Of a stretch of 64,000 nt of DNA, positions 38,212 to 50,900 are shown piece by piece. The notes below the pieces were generated by a model that worked only from the letters and a program-made list of their open reading frames with translations, was not told the DNA's origin and did not search any database. This DNA comes from Takakia lepidozioides (lineage: Eukaryota; Plantae; Bryophyta): positions 22,692,001 to 22,756,000 of the forward strand of contig CM060734.1 in NCBI GenBank assembly GCA_030704615.1, written 5' to 3'. The position numbers and the translations under genes are program-made. Numbering within the stretch: the first letter of the stretch is position 1; every line of letters begins with the position of its first letter.

Positions 38212-39798
38212 TGTCGCGCACTTCACTTCGGTAAGCTCCCCTTCAAGTCATAGTTACTCGCTTTGATGCGCGCGCCTAACTCCCAACCTGGCCGCCGGGC
38301 CAACTCGGAGCTTCGGCTGCTCACCGGGACATAACGGTCCCCCTTTTCTCCCCCAACAGACCCTCCACCAATTTGGGCCTAGTGGAAATTCCATTTGGTA
38401 GTTGGCAGTCCGGAATAGCTCCCCACTTCTTGGTCGCTTTCCGGCTCGCTCGCTTACTCACTATTTTTTGGTCACCAACGGGCTTGCACCGTTCTCGGGG
38501 TTACTATTCCCTATATATACTTCTGTGACTGTCCGCGGGGGTTTCACAAACAACCATGCCATTTTATGGCGAACCGCCACGAAGACCCTCGATTCTCGGT
38601 GATGAGTCGCGGTGAGTCTTGGCCCACCCATCACGGCCCCATTGGACTGTGGTGAGTCCCAAGACTCCCCACGACTCCCACCACAAGGTCTCCGCCCCAT
38701 GGTGTATCATATGCCACCCCCACTAAGTCCCACTAAGCTACCACCACCCCTTGTGGAGCCACCCCCACCGCAACCCGGTATGCAGGGCTCCACCTAGTGA
38801 GCGTCTCCGCCTTCTTAAGTGCCTTGGGCACTCAAGGGTGCTTCAGCCCCCCGTACCTATTGCTGCCACCGCCCCCACCACAGGGGCAGCCCCTCTGCGT
38901 CCCGACCCCCCGCCGTCAAGGCAAAGGGCCGCGACACACACCCCTACCAACAGGGAGTCGATGTCCTCATCGACTTGTCCATTTTGTAGAAACGAACATC
39001 CAAGTTGTGGCGTCCCACATCAAGGAGTTTGTTTCCGCACCATGGCGTCCCATGGCAAAGAACCAAACCCTACACTTGACTCTACTCTCCACTAGCTAGT
39101 TCGGCCGACTTCCTCCAAGTCCCGGCCAAGGGTGGAGCCTCTCAAGCTCCACCCAGTGCACTCTTCTTGGCCTACTTCAAGGCCAAGGAACGATCCTCCC
39201 CGAGGATCGAATCGCCTTACTGCAACAACATTACTTGCGACCGCTCATGATGCTGCTTTTGGCATCACCTTGAGCGAGGGTTCACTTTGAACCTTTTTTT
39301 GACTAGGAAGATAACCTTGAACCAACCGTGCGCCCCAATCACTACAATTGGGTCCGCCTTGGAATGCTGGCCTGAGGTACGGGAACACGCCGAAGCCGCA
39401 CTACGACTTCGTCCCGAGGCTACACGATTATAGTATGTGAACGGAAGCACGTAGTTTCCGCGTTAGCCCGCACTACAAGACAACCACCTCGGTAGCGCAG
39501 TTATAGTACGCGCACGCGCCAGGTGCGCACTAGCACGTGAACTCCCAAAGAAGGCGCAAGTTTCTTTGCCCCTTGGATGGGAGTCACCCGATTTCGGCTT
39601 TGCGCAAATACACGATTAATCCAATTTACCTCTCCCACTTTTGTAAGCTAGCATGCATTCTACACACTAGCCAACCATACCATGCATCACCATTCCAAAC
39701 AAAATAGGAGGCGCAACATTTGGAAACCATTTCATTTATATACAACACAAGTTTTTGCAATCGGATTCTTGAGCTAGCTAAGCCGGGCTAAGCATGCA
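38212..39798 (-). mobile_element. 3' LTR of a Ty3/gypsy chromovirus
   Basis: Minus strand: polypurine tract TGGGGGAGGAAA (39810-39799) directly followed by TG...; ends gtgcgcgACA at 38212; end shared with the 17401-17736 remnant. Confidence 0.75.
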
Positions 39799-39832
39799 TT
39801 TCCTCCCCCACGATCCAAGGTTGATGTCCCCA

Positions 39833-40270
39833 TCAACGCTTCTTCTGCTTTTGAGGTCGCCCTTCGAAAGCTGCAACCGCCTCGGATGCGTTTCCCATTT
39901 CTGAGGCACGCACCCAAGATGCCTCCACATGATGATAGCCCTTCCATTTCACGAGATACTCCGTTTCTCTATTCTTGAACCTCCTCAACTTAAGCACTGC
40001 CTCCACCTCGTACTCAGGTTCATTTTCATGATCCAACAGCACAGGTGGCGGACGCAACACTTGATGCAGATTCGGACGCGCTTCATCTTTGAAGTAAGGC
40101 TTCAAAAAGGAGACGTGGAATACCGGATGCACCTTGCTGTTTGCCGGCAGCTCCAATTCATACACATCCTCATTCATAACCTTCCGGATGCGAAAGGGTC
40201 CCGCATACGGAGGTACGAACTTCGGGCTCACTTCCGGAGGTAGTCGGAAATTCTTGATGTTCAACCAGAC
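39833..40270 (-). mobile_element. Chromovirus integrase C-terminus (GPY/F motif + group I chromodomain), 5'-truncated
   Basis: PKFVPPYAGPFRI..YELELP..VHPVFHVSFLKPY; EYEVEAVL..EYLVKWKGY..EASWV. Confidence 0.95.
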
Positions 40271-41664
40271 CTTATGTCTATTCCTCTCTCCCAGAGATAT
40301 GGATAATTAGCTTTCAAATAACTTTCCCTTTTCGCTGAATATCTGTGGAGTCTAGCTTCCCTTTCATCACTCATGTCCCATGTCTTTCATATCTTTAATG
40401 AGGCAATAACCAAAACTCTCTTCTGTAGTATCTCTCGTATATGCCTGGATTTCTTTCAAGCTTTAATGCACCCTTGACTATACTAGAAGGCGTTATCATA
40501 TAACCATATGGCAAGCACGTTTGAAAAGTTGTTCTTGGTGTAAGTTTGATCCACAAGATATCCTTAGGAATCCAATTCTTTACCAGTTCAAGTTCTTCAT
40601 GCATGTGAGTGTAAACATTCACCTTCCGTTCCTCCTAGCTTTCAAACTCCACTCGTTTAATGGATAACAATGCTATCACATAAACCAGTGTTGGTAACCA
40701 ACTTGCTCTCCCTCTACAGGCCACTTGATAAATCTTTATCACTCATTTCTCCAGACCCCACTCTGGATCAGCATCATGCACTCTCTTAAGAATGTTTTCC
40801 TTGCAATCGTCTGGCAATTCCAAGAACCTCTGAAAGAATTGTTTGGACAATCTTTCTTTCTCAGTTCCACAGGGAATTTGATTCACATCAAATTCTTTGA
40901 TTCTCCACCCACCATGATCCCATGCCTGTCACATCTGGTTGTTCTTGACTCAGTTCCCCAGTATGGTCGCCAAATGTCGAGCGGCTTTTACCCACCCATC
41001 CCTTAGTTATTCGAGGTGGAAACTCCAAATAAAAGAGTTGGAAATCTCTAAGTACTCAGCCCGCTCAGAACAATCAGTCATGACCTATCACTAGTGTATC
41101 ATGGGGGTGCTTCTTATTTGTATTCCTTCTCGCATTCATGTTAGCAATTTACCTTACTGTCTATGATTAAGTATCAAATTGCTTCTGCAATCTACCATGT
41201 TCCATCTACTCAAGCATTCATTCCACAGCTTCACTCATATCTCCTCTACACGGTGTGAATATGAAATAAGAATCATATTAATATCCATCATGTATCAGGC
41301 TGAAGCCATGGTGTCTCTAATTTGCTCTACAGTGCATCTCTACAGCTTGCATGAATCAAGCATCATCTCGTCGTATCTCCTCCTCTGTGTAATCTCCATC
41401 CCTGTGCTCCAAGATTGTGCTCTCCGCCTGATCTCCTCAAGTGATGTCCCAGAACTGATCTCCCTCCGTGACGTCCAAGAAGTGCTCCAAGAAGTGACCA
41501 AGAAGTGACCAAGAAGTGCCCCCTCCATGTCGTTACTCTGCCTATTCTACCTGCAAGCTGTTCTAACCGCCTAACTAACTAACTGTCATCCAAGACAGAA
41601 TGCACGTTCCCTCTGCAGACGTTGTTCCCACACAGTCGTTCCCTGCCAATGATAACCGTTCCCT

Positions 41665-41890
41665 GTGAACGCTGTGACGGGCTGTGCCAAGCTGTGTCGG
41701 ACTGTGACTGTGCCGAGCTGTGACTGGTTGTGTCGGGTTGTGTCGGGCTGTGATAGGCTGTGATAGGCTCTGTAAGGCTGTGTAAGGTTGTGACAAGTTG
41801 TGTCAGGCTGTGTCAGGCTGTGACAGACTGTGTAAGGCTATGACTGACTGTGATAGGCTGTGTAAGCCTGTGACTGACTGTGTGAGCCTG
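41665..41890 (+). repeat. Degenerate ~10-bp tandem repeat (GGCTGTGT(C/A)A) upstream of gag
   Basis: Visible periodic ggctgtg/gactgtg units. Confidence 0.85.
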
Positions 41891-42038
41891 CCTACCACCC
41901 CTAAGGCCTGTGTCTGTCACCCATAAGGCCTCTGTTGGTCTGAGTCCACCATCCGTAAGTCTGCGCAAAATTAAGGGTACCCCACAGAACCCGTAAAACT
42001 GTCTAAGTCCCAGACAGCCCTCTAACAGTGTTTCCAGG

Positions 42039-43083
42039 TTGTTGCAACAGCTCCTCCAATCCGAGCAACCACCTACCTATTCATTGGCTTCAATATTCAA
42101 TACACCTCCTCCGGTAATAACAATGGCTGGGGTTCCAATTCCTGCTGCTCTTCAATCGGTGCCTATAGCTATCAATCTTGGCCAACCCGGTGATAGGATT
42201 AGTAATGTTGCTCCAATGCATTCTTTTACTGGTTGGCAAGGATCGGACCCGGATGCGCATTTGGCCGAGTTCATCACAGCTTGCATAGCTAATAATGCGA
42301 GGACTGATGAGCTTTGGCCATCCCAGACCATATGCAGATGGGACTATTCATTGAGGGATTGAGGCCATCTGCATTGATCAAGTTCGTGAGGGAGGCTGTA
42401 CCAGCAGATCTTCAGGCAGTGGTTAATCGGGCCAAATTATGGGAGACAATGCACGTCACAACACACTACATGCCACAAAGCCAACTATCTACGATTACTA
42501 GATGTATGCCCAGTTTCGGTGTAGGAGAGAGTGTCCAAAACTTTAGCTTTACCAGCCCCAGGATCGCAAGAGGATGCAATTATGGCAATGGCCAAGAAGT
42601 TTGGAGGATTGGAGGTGAAAATGGCAGACAAGAGAGAAGGCCGACCCAAATCCAATAATCAAGGACCCAATTCTTGGTGCGGAAATTGTAAAGGCTATGG
42701 TCATCTTGCTACAGAATGTCCATCACCCCCTATTGCCGCCAATGTGGAGACCGACAAATGCGGGTATTGTGGGAAACATCATTCTATGTTGCAGTGTTGG
42801 CATCTTAAAGTTGCGACGGAAGTGCAACCGGAGAAATCCAATAACCAGAAGGCTGCTCACCAGACAACTGGTTGGGATGTCAGTCAGGTGGGAGTTCAGG
42901 CCTCAGGAAATTGGCAAAGGCAGGCCCAAGGTCCACAAATGGGTGGTAATTTTTGACAAAACCGAGCGCCCAATAATTGGATGCAGTCTCCAAGTCAGCT
43001 CAGTAGACCACCAGTTTGGAGATGAGCTCCATTCCAACAAATGGAGATCCCACAGTAGGGAGAGCAAGCAACCATATACCTAA
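42039..43083 (+). mobile_element. LTR-retrotransposon gag remnant with zinc knuckles, internally deleted
   Basis: SFTGWQGSDPDAHLAEF (gag N-term), LFIEGLRP, CGNCKGYGHLATEC (CCHC) and CGYCGKHHSMLQC. Confidence 0.85.
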
Positions 43084-43380
43084 TATGGAGGCCCTATGAG
43101 GTGGACTCGGAATGGCCAATATCATGTGTGCTACCGTTGTACTTACGACTTATCATCCCATTTATATGTATCCATCCCACCGATTTCTCAGACCCAATTC
43201 GTCATCCAATTACTCGATCCAATTTTACCAATTTACATCCAGTTGGATGATTTCGCGATTACAGCTCAAAACAACTCATTGACTCTGCAGTTTGAGTTCG
43301 ATTCCTCCCGACTTAACTTCCTATATCCCTTTGTAACAAAATGGAAATAACTATTACTCTCATACCACCCTTTGGCTTTG

Positions 43381-45120
43381 TCAGTTCGCGAAAACGTCGG
43401 GGTGCAGATCTGTCCACAAGCGGTCGCGCTCCTCCGCGCGTCTCTTTGCTCTGGCTTCTCGGTCTGCTATTTCAAACGGGGTCAGCTCCCCTGTCTCATG
43501 CAACTTTGCTGTCACGGCCTCGTCCCCCCCCCTTTGGTTTCCTCCTGAATTGGCGGGCTTACTGGGATTCCTTTGTCCTGCTGCTCCCTTCCTTTGATTT
43601 TCTTGGCTCGGCCTCCTTTCCTTCAGGTACCCGTGGTACGTAACTGGGCTGGTGAGTGAGCGGCGCCATTCCTCGCTTTCGGCCACTACCGACCCCCACA
43701 CTTATGGTCGTAGACTTGTCATCCTCCATAGGGGTCAGCGTCCAACACCACCCCTTCCTCCAGTCCTACTTTCAGAACCCTTTGTTTTTGGCCACAAAAT
43801 GACCTCCAATTGCCTACATTGCTGTGCTTGACCCACAACACGTCTATCGAAAGGTAATGTCTACACAGTACGTATGATCCTACGAAATACGGGTGGTAAC
43901 GATGCTTTGTGAATGAACAAGTGAGCTAGATCCGTATCACCGGTGTCAGTGCACAAACTGCCGCAATGTGGAGCACTTCTCGCTGCCGCTCCCACAACAA
44001 TGATCCGCTCACATGGACCACTTGGTGTCGTAAGTACCATGTCATAGAGTCTTCGTGTATCCTTCCGAGGATTTTGCAGATCCCCGGGTAACGCCTTTTT
44101 CAGTAGTTCCTCCCACTCGTTGGCAGTGTCCTTCTCCTGTCGTTCGTATTTGGCCAACTTCCACCCGTAGCTAGTTTCAACCGTTACTGGCCATACCAGG
44201 CCACAGATGGGCTCATCTCGTAGCCTCCCATTTTGTTGGAGTGAGCTGACAGTGGATTTCTTCCACTGAACGTTGTCAATATGTGACCACCTAGACCTCA
44301 TCTCGCACGCTCGGATCTCGTCGTAGCTCTTTGTTCCACCAATCCATCTGCCATCTCCAAAATCTTGTCAGGGTGAGCACGGGTGCCCTTTCTCTGATTC
44401 CCCCTAGCAGCCTCGTCTCCCTCGTAGTAAATAGTGCCGGGTATATTTCCAGGAGTTCATATGCTTCTAACGTGAAGGCATTGCGGACCGTCCCTTGCAA
44501 TCTCGTGACTCCATAGGCCCCCACGATCTCCCTTACTCCTTCCTCCTCCTTAGTGTAAATCTCAACGATCAGGAAGCGTCCCAAGTTTCAAATTTGCTCA
44601 CGCTCGTCGGGCTCACTCATTCCTCTGTTGTCGGCTTAAATCTTGCGTAGCCTTGTACAGGCCTTTGTAGAACATGTCGTTGGCCAAACGTGCCCACGGG
44701 CCATCCTCCTCGATCTGTAGAGTGTACCGCCTTACGTAGTGATTTTTCCCAGGCAGTGACAGCTGGATTCCCGTCTAACTGCTCCGAGGGTGAGCCGCCA
44801 CGCTGGTCCGTTGGGTCTTGCCGCCATGGATGCATGCTTCCAAGTAGTCCTGGTATTCCGCTATTTGGTTGATCTCCTCCACCTCTTTGTCAGAGAAGAG
44901 ATCGGGGTACTTCTTCCAAAATGCAACCGCCTTTGGGTTGGCCCTGGTCCCGTCCCTATACGCTGGCGTGTCGTCCCGGCCCTTGATTTCAGCTCTAAAG
45001 GCGCGCAATACTACTGGCGATTCGCGTCTATCGCGTCTTTTCCGGATGATCTCGATTCCAAGAAAACAACCGCATCAGCTCCCGATCAGCTCTGCTAGAC
45101 TATCTACGCAAGGGCGAAAT
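43381..45120 (-). pseudogene. Decayed intronless ORF chain, likely retroelement accessory region
   Basis: Consecutive same-strand fragments 44775-45008, 44617-44835, 44291-44584, 43861-44301, 43381-43701; no family recognised. Confidence 0.35.
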
Positions 45121-45550
45121 CTCCTCGCTTTCTAGTGCTTTCTATCAACGCTACGATGTATCCCAGTGCCCCAATGTAGCAGAGCCAGCAGTCGTGCTCC
45201 CCCCTGGTGTAGTGCACAAGAGAAAGGATGGATTGATCAATCTGGTCCTCGCTCATTCTTCCTACGAGACCTCTCTAGCTTTTTATCTAGGTTCTTGCCC
45301 TCCGGTGGCTACGCTATGAAGTCACAACGTCGCGCATTGAGGGCAAGGTCCTAGTGCTCAACCATACAGAAGAGAAAATATGGATGAGGTCTGATGGAGA
45401 ACCACGGTTCTCCAATGAGAAGCCATCTAAGTCATGCCAGAGATAATGGCGGACTTTACACACACAGTCGTGGGTGTGTAGGGCAGGGTGCAGGCAGTTC
45501 GCAGTGGTGGGAGTGTAGGAGGATGAGGCTTGAATTTTTTTTTTTCCCAG

Positions 45551-46150
45551 ATGAGACCTATCCCTCAGTGCAAAGCAAATACTACAGCTTTATAGTATGG
45601 CTGATGAGAGCTGCCAGGTCTGCCATTTTGGCTCAGGTGACTTTCCAACTAACTCGGGAGTACTTGTTGGAGGCCTCAAGTGAATTTGCTAATGACCCCA
45701 AAGCTAAGTTGCTTGACAGGATGTCTGATTCGAAAGGGGTCAGATTCATTGAAAGGGTGATCAAACCTGGCTCCTTCTCGGATAGTCTCCCCAAGCCGCT
45801 GTTCAGCAGCTACAAGCGGCAACGCAATGAAGGGTCTGCCCCCAGCACATGGGGAAGACCAATTCCAATCGCGGCAGGGAACCACGGACAGAGGCATAGG
45901 TGGCTACCAAAGAGGCGGCAGGACTGGTCGTGGACAGCAGACCTTCTCCAATTCTGACCCTGCAAAGTCTCTTACCAGAACCTCAATTGGTAGGTCTGGA
46001 TCTAACTCCAGCTGTCGACATTGGCAGCCATGGTTCACACTGAACCAGGCAAATGATGGAAGAGTTCTCCCCCATTCGCAAAAGGAATTTTGGGTCTTGG
46101 GTCGATCTGTGATTGATGGTATGTACCCCTTCTTTGAAAAAATGACGCTG
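45551..46150 (+). mobile_element. Possible DIRS-type retrotransposon gag-end/RT-start fragment
   Basis: R/G-rich gag-like tail (YQRGGRTGRG) followed by IG..RHWQPW..FWVLGRSVIDG.Y.FF, resembling the segment preceding DIRS RT domains. Confidence 0.35.
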
Positions 46151-47957
46151 CCCTTTTCAATAGCAGGTAGTACTCATGAGGATGAATGCTAGCTATCGTT
46201 TGTGTTGATTGCAGACTTTATCTATTTTCACTAGTGAACCTATCTAATTAATGAGTCATGGGTCTCACACCCCTTCCACTCTTTCTATGGGACGATTACC
46301 TAAGTGATTTCATTGTGCGATTAAATGACATTCTCTAATGCATTCAATGTGTGTGATGCTAAGGTGTGTTTTTCTCTACTTTCTCCTTACACTAGGGTGC
46401 ACTCAGGCTGAGAGGATCTTGGCTTCGACATTTCACATAAAGCTCAATTGCACAATCTTCCAGAGGTTACACTCCAATTGCAGTCCAAGTTCTATTCTCT
46501 CACGAACCCAGCTCTTCTCATGTAAGTCAAACAAACGATTTCTATTATGTGTTCTTGCCACCAGTTTCCTTGGATCTAATAGCTTGTGAAGGTTCTGTCA
46601 AGAGATTGTGCAAGACGACGAAGGGGAGGGAGATCGCCATCAAAAGAAATCAGGAGTCAGGAATGTGAAACTGTGGGCTCCATCTCGCTCCTTTAATGCG
46701 AGGGTGCTTCTGTAACCATGGATGATTGAGGTACAGAGATTCTCTTTCGTAAGGTATTACTCGAGAATATTTTAGGAATCTCCGTTGACTAAAAGGCTGT
46801 TTTGTTCACGTGTGGCGAAACCTGGCGAAATAGAAAGAGTGGGATGTAGGGTTGTGGAGCCGGCGGCTGTGGCCCATCGTCAATGGGCATGGCATGCTGG
46901 AGATTGATCGATCGATCTTGATGCGTGTGGGTGTGTGTGCTGCAATCCCCAGAGCCCACAATCCATTGCTTATTATTTGTGTGTCTGCAGGTGTGGATTG
47001 CAGTGATATGCACGCTTTCGGCATCTGGGTCAGGTATTTTATATTATCATGTATGATGGAAGAAAGCAAACGGAGGGGGGTTCAGCATAGAATCTTTCAG
47101 AGACCATTGCTTTAGATTCAGTGAACAAGTTATTGTCATCTGGGAGCAGCAGCTGGTCTGCTCTCTTGAATGAGGTAGCACCCCAAGTTTGTGGAGTGAT
47201 ATGATCTGATCAGTTCTGCGTAGACATGTGTAGACAGAGTAGTCTAGGGCAGCGAGTTCTCTTCGCAGAAGTCTACCCCAAGTGTCGTAATTTAGGTGGC
47301 CACATGCGCATTATCACTGGATAAAACCAGCTTTGATGGGAACAAGGGGTCCTAGGGTTGGCTTGTGGATCAAGGAACCCATGTCTAGAATGGACCATTG
47401 GATTGGTCAAATCTGTTTGAGTCGTGTTTGCTTGATCAGCACATGAATGATCATATTGGCAGGGAGAACGAGCTGAACAGGGAGGAAGACGAAGATGATA
47501 CCGAGATAATGGCGACTGGTAGAAGAGGTTGCCTTTTCGAAGATACAATCGATTTTAAAGCACAGCTTGGGTGGAAGGCGAGGGGTGGTAATCCTCTTCA
47601 GGGCAAAGGAGGTGATCCTTCAAGATAATTGATGACCTGAACGAACGAAAATTTGACGTCTTCGAAAAAGGTCTGTTGGTATTGCAGCTTGAGGCCAAGG
47701 CGGAGTCATTATTTTTACCGACACTTACTTTAGGGCGGTGGGTAAATTTTATGAGGGAAGTGAAGATGAAGGTGAGGTGGGAAGGCGTTACGGCACTGAA
47801 AGGGGTGAGAATGTGGAAACAGAAGTGAGTTCAGGAGGGGGAGGGAGAGCCATGCAGTGAGTTACTCTCTGCGAGAAAGGAATTCACAGGAAACTTTTGT
47901 TACGAGTACTTGAAACCCAGGAGAAAGATGAATTGCTAGGAGGCAATCGGTGTGGCC

Positions 47958-50900
47958 ATGACTCGTGTTGTTGTGCAACGAGGCTCAGGGCCTTCAAGTT
48001 CTTCACAGTCTCGACCTGCGTCTGCCCCTCCCTCTTCTTCGTCTACTCCCCCACTTCCCCAACCTCTACCTTCTTCTTCATCCCCACCACCCGGAGCCCC
48101 TTCTTGCTCTATATATGGGGATGATGGAGTCGAACAAAGTGGAAAGGAAGCTCAGTACCATCATTTGGAGCTTGAAACCTCACTTGTTGATACTAGTGTC
48201 AAAACCTCACCCTTGTCTTGTCCCACAGACCGGAAGGCAAGCATTGCTGAGCAGACAGGTGAAGGCAGGGTTCAAGGTGTTGCAACTGTTGAGGCTGTTG
48301 GTGACGAGGACCTATTGGACAGAAGACGAGAGCTTGATTTAGCATCTCAGTTACAGCATGTTTTGGCCGAGAGGCCTGCAGATTTCTATGTGCAGCAGGC
48401 TAAAGAGGGAGATGACTTGGGGATGGTCACAGAGATTGGTCTTGAGGGAGAAGGGGGAAATGGCATTGAGAAATTGAACCCAGAGAATGAGAGGATTGGA
48501 TTTTCTCTTGATGACTTGTCAATGCAACCAAAAGCAACAGGCATTGATTCAATACTGGAAACTAAGGAAGAGGATGCAGGAAATCCTACCGCATTTGGCC
48601 TTCACAGATACCCTGTTTCCATGCAGAATTCCATGCAGCCTCTCTCTCAGCCCACTTACTCAACTATGCCTCTCCCTTCAATGTCCTTGCCAATGGTACT
48701 CCCTCAATCTCAGACCGGATCTTACACTCCCCCACTCCCCCCCACCTCCTCAATTTCTTCCCTCCCTCCACCTTGTGAGACAGCTCCAATACTGAGGTCC
48801 CATGAAGAGAATGACCAGTTAAGGCCAACTGTAATAGCCAGTGTGACAGAGGCTGTTGGATGTTCATATATGTCAGCCCCTGCCCCATCAGTCCTTTTCC
48901 CCTCAGGCAGTTCAAGGAGAGTTGGATGGTTGGGTCCTTCAGCCTCAAGTGGGACGCGGGGAGGGGGTTCCACTCGCAGGATTCCAAGGGCTATGAAGGG
49001 TTCACGAAATTCGCCAAACAGCTCAAGGCCTACATCTCCACGGGCATATGGAGAGGGGGATGGCTACAACAGTGCTGACGAGCAGAGTCCATGGGCTCCA
49101 GGATCATCTGGTTATGAAGATAATGTAAATTTCAAACCTCCTCTGGCATGAAGCTCCCTGTTATACACTTCAATGCAATGGGGACAGACTGACTTAGTTC
49201 TGGTGTGTTTGCATAGAGCTGTCTTTGGATTGCGAGAAGGAGGAAGAGGAAGTGGAGTGTGAGAGAGACTCAAATAGCTATGAATGTGTAAGTTGTATTT
49301 TGCCATTTGGGGGCTTTGGCATGGACACCATTATCCAGCTGCTGTAACTCCCAATGACTCGCTGATTTTTATTGATAACTGCAACATTGCTCTCTGAAAC
49401 CCTTGCGGAGGATCATTAGACATGGCAGATAGAGAACATGATTTCTGACATTAAGCTGTGACAAGGCCTGCCTTTGTTTTCACATGGGTATGTTTAAGAG
49501 TGACATTCTATTAAACGTGCCGGGCACTTTACTTGATCAAAGTCTTCTGGTTAGCATCAAGCAAATATCAATACCCTTATCTTCTGATTGAAGTTAGTGA
49601 CGAGTTAGGTTGCATGAACATATTATATAGCTGATAATGGCCTGCACCTATCCTGGTCTGTTGGAAGTTCACTGAGGTTACCATTCCTGGATGGTTTTTT
49701 CTTTGAATGTTTTGGTGATTGTTTGTCCAGTTAACCTGTTTTTATTATGCTTAATTTAATGGTGCAGGGAGAAAGGGAACGACAGTTTGAGACAGAGCTG
49801 CGGCGTACAAGAAGCCTGGAAGTGAGGCGGATGGCTGAGGATGGCAATTGTTTGTTTCGTGCTGTGGCAGATCAAGTGTATGGGGATGCGGAGATGTATG
49901 ATGAGACACGGCAGATGTGCATTGACTACATGGTATTTTCTTGCCTCTGGTTGTTTGCATTCTCTTTTAGAATGTGCCCTCTGGCTAGAAAATAGATATT
50001 TGAGGGCGTGAGAGTGACCGCTTAACTTAGTGCAGCTGAACAATGGAGCCAATAGCTGGATCTGAGCAACCATGACAGGAGAGGCATAACGTTCTCAAGC
50101 GGAGCCCTAGTGTAGCTGCCATCTCACTAAGTGGATGTGCGGTTTGGCTGGTGACACTCCTAATGGAAGAGGGTCTTGGCTGGAGCAGGATGTGTGAGCC
50201 TCATGGAAAAGCTTGAGAATGTCAGGTCACCAGTGTTTGGTACTGTGCACACTCTCTTAGCCAATGTGGCTTTGCCATACAAGTGGAGCTCTTCCCACTG
50301 GAGTTCCTCCACTTTGTTGCCATTCATCTCTCTCTGTGACGAACAACCTTCCTCTTTTTGGTCCTCCCATAGTTACCGAAGTGCCAAGGGTACAGGGACA
50401 GGTATCTATATTAGGTATGATTAGGTATCTAGTAACAGATTGGGTTGAATGGAGTTGGAGTATTGACCAAAGCCTTTACAAAGTGTTTCCGCCATGGAGT
50501 AGTGTGCATGAAGATGAACTAAACAACTCCCTTTATGTATGAATAGATATCATTGGAACAATTGCTGAGATACCTTTAGTACTCTTTTAGGGCCTTGCAA
50601 GCAATTATAGAGACAGATGAGAGGTCAGGAGGAGTGTCACATGCTACATGATGAAGAAACTTTGGTTTTTGGCCATTCTGCAGGAGAAGGAGAGGGACCA
50701 CTTTTCACAGTTTGTGACAGAAAGCTTCACAGCCTACTGCAAAAGGAAGCGCAGGGATAAGGTAGGTCTCTCTCTCTTGTTCTTCTCCCTGTCCTCTAGG
50801 AAGCCTATTGACATTGGGTGGACTTGAAACGGGAGTACATTAATGTCTCTGTGACTAAATGCCGGCCTTGTGACCTCGTGTCCTTGTTTGTTTCGACCTG

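Noticed and set aside
46300-47900. Additional gene divergent from the OTU gene
   Set aside because: Some splice-like sites but no coherent or recognisable reading frame.
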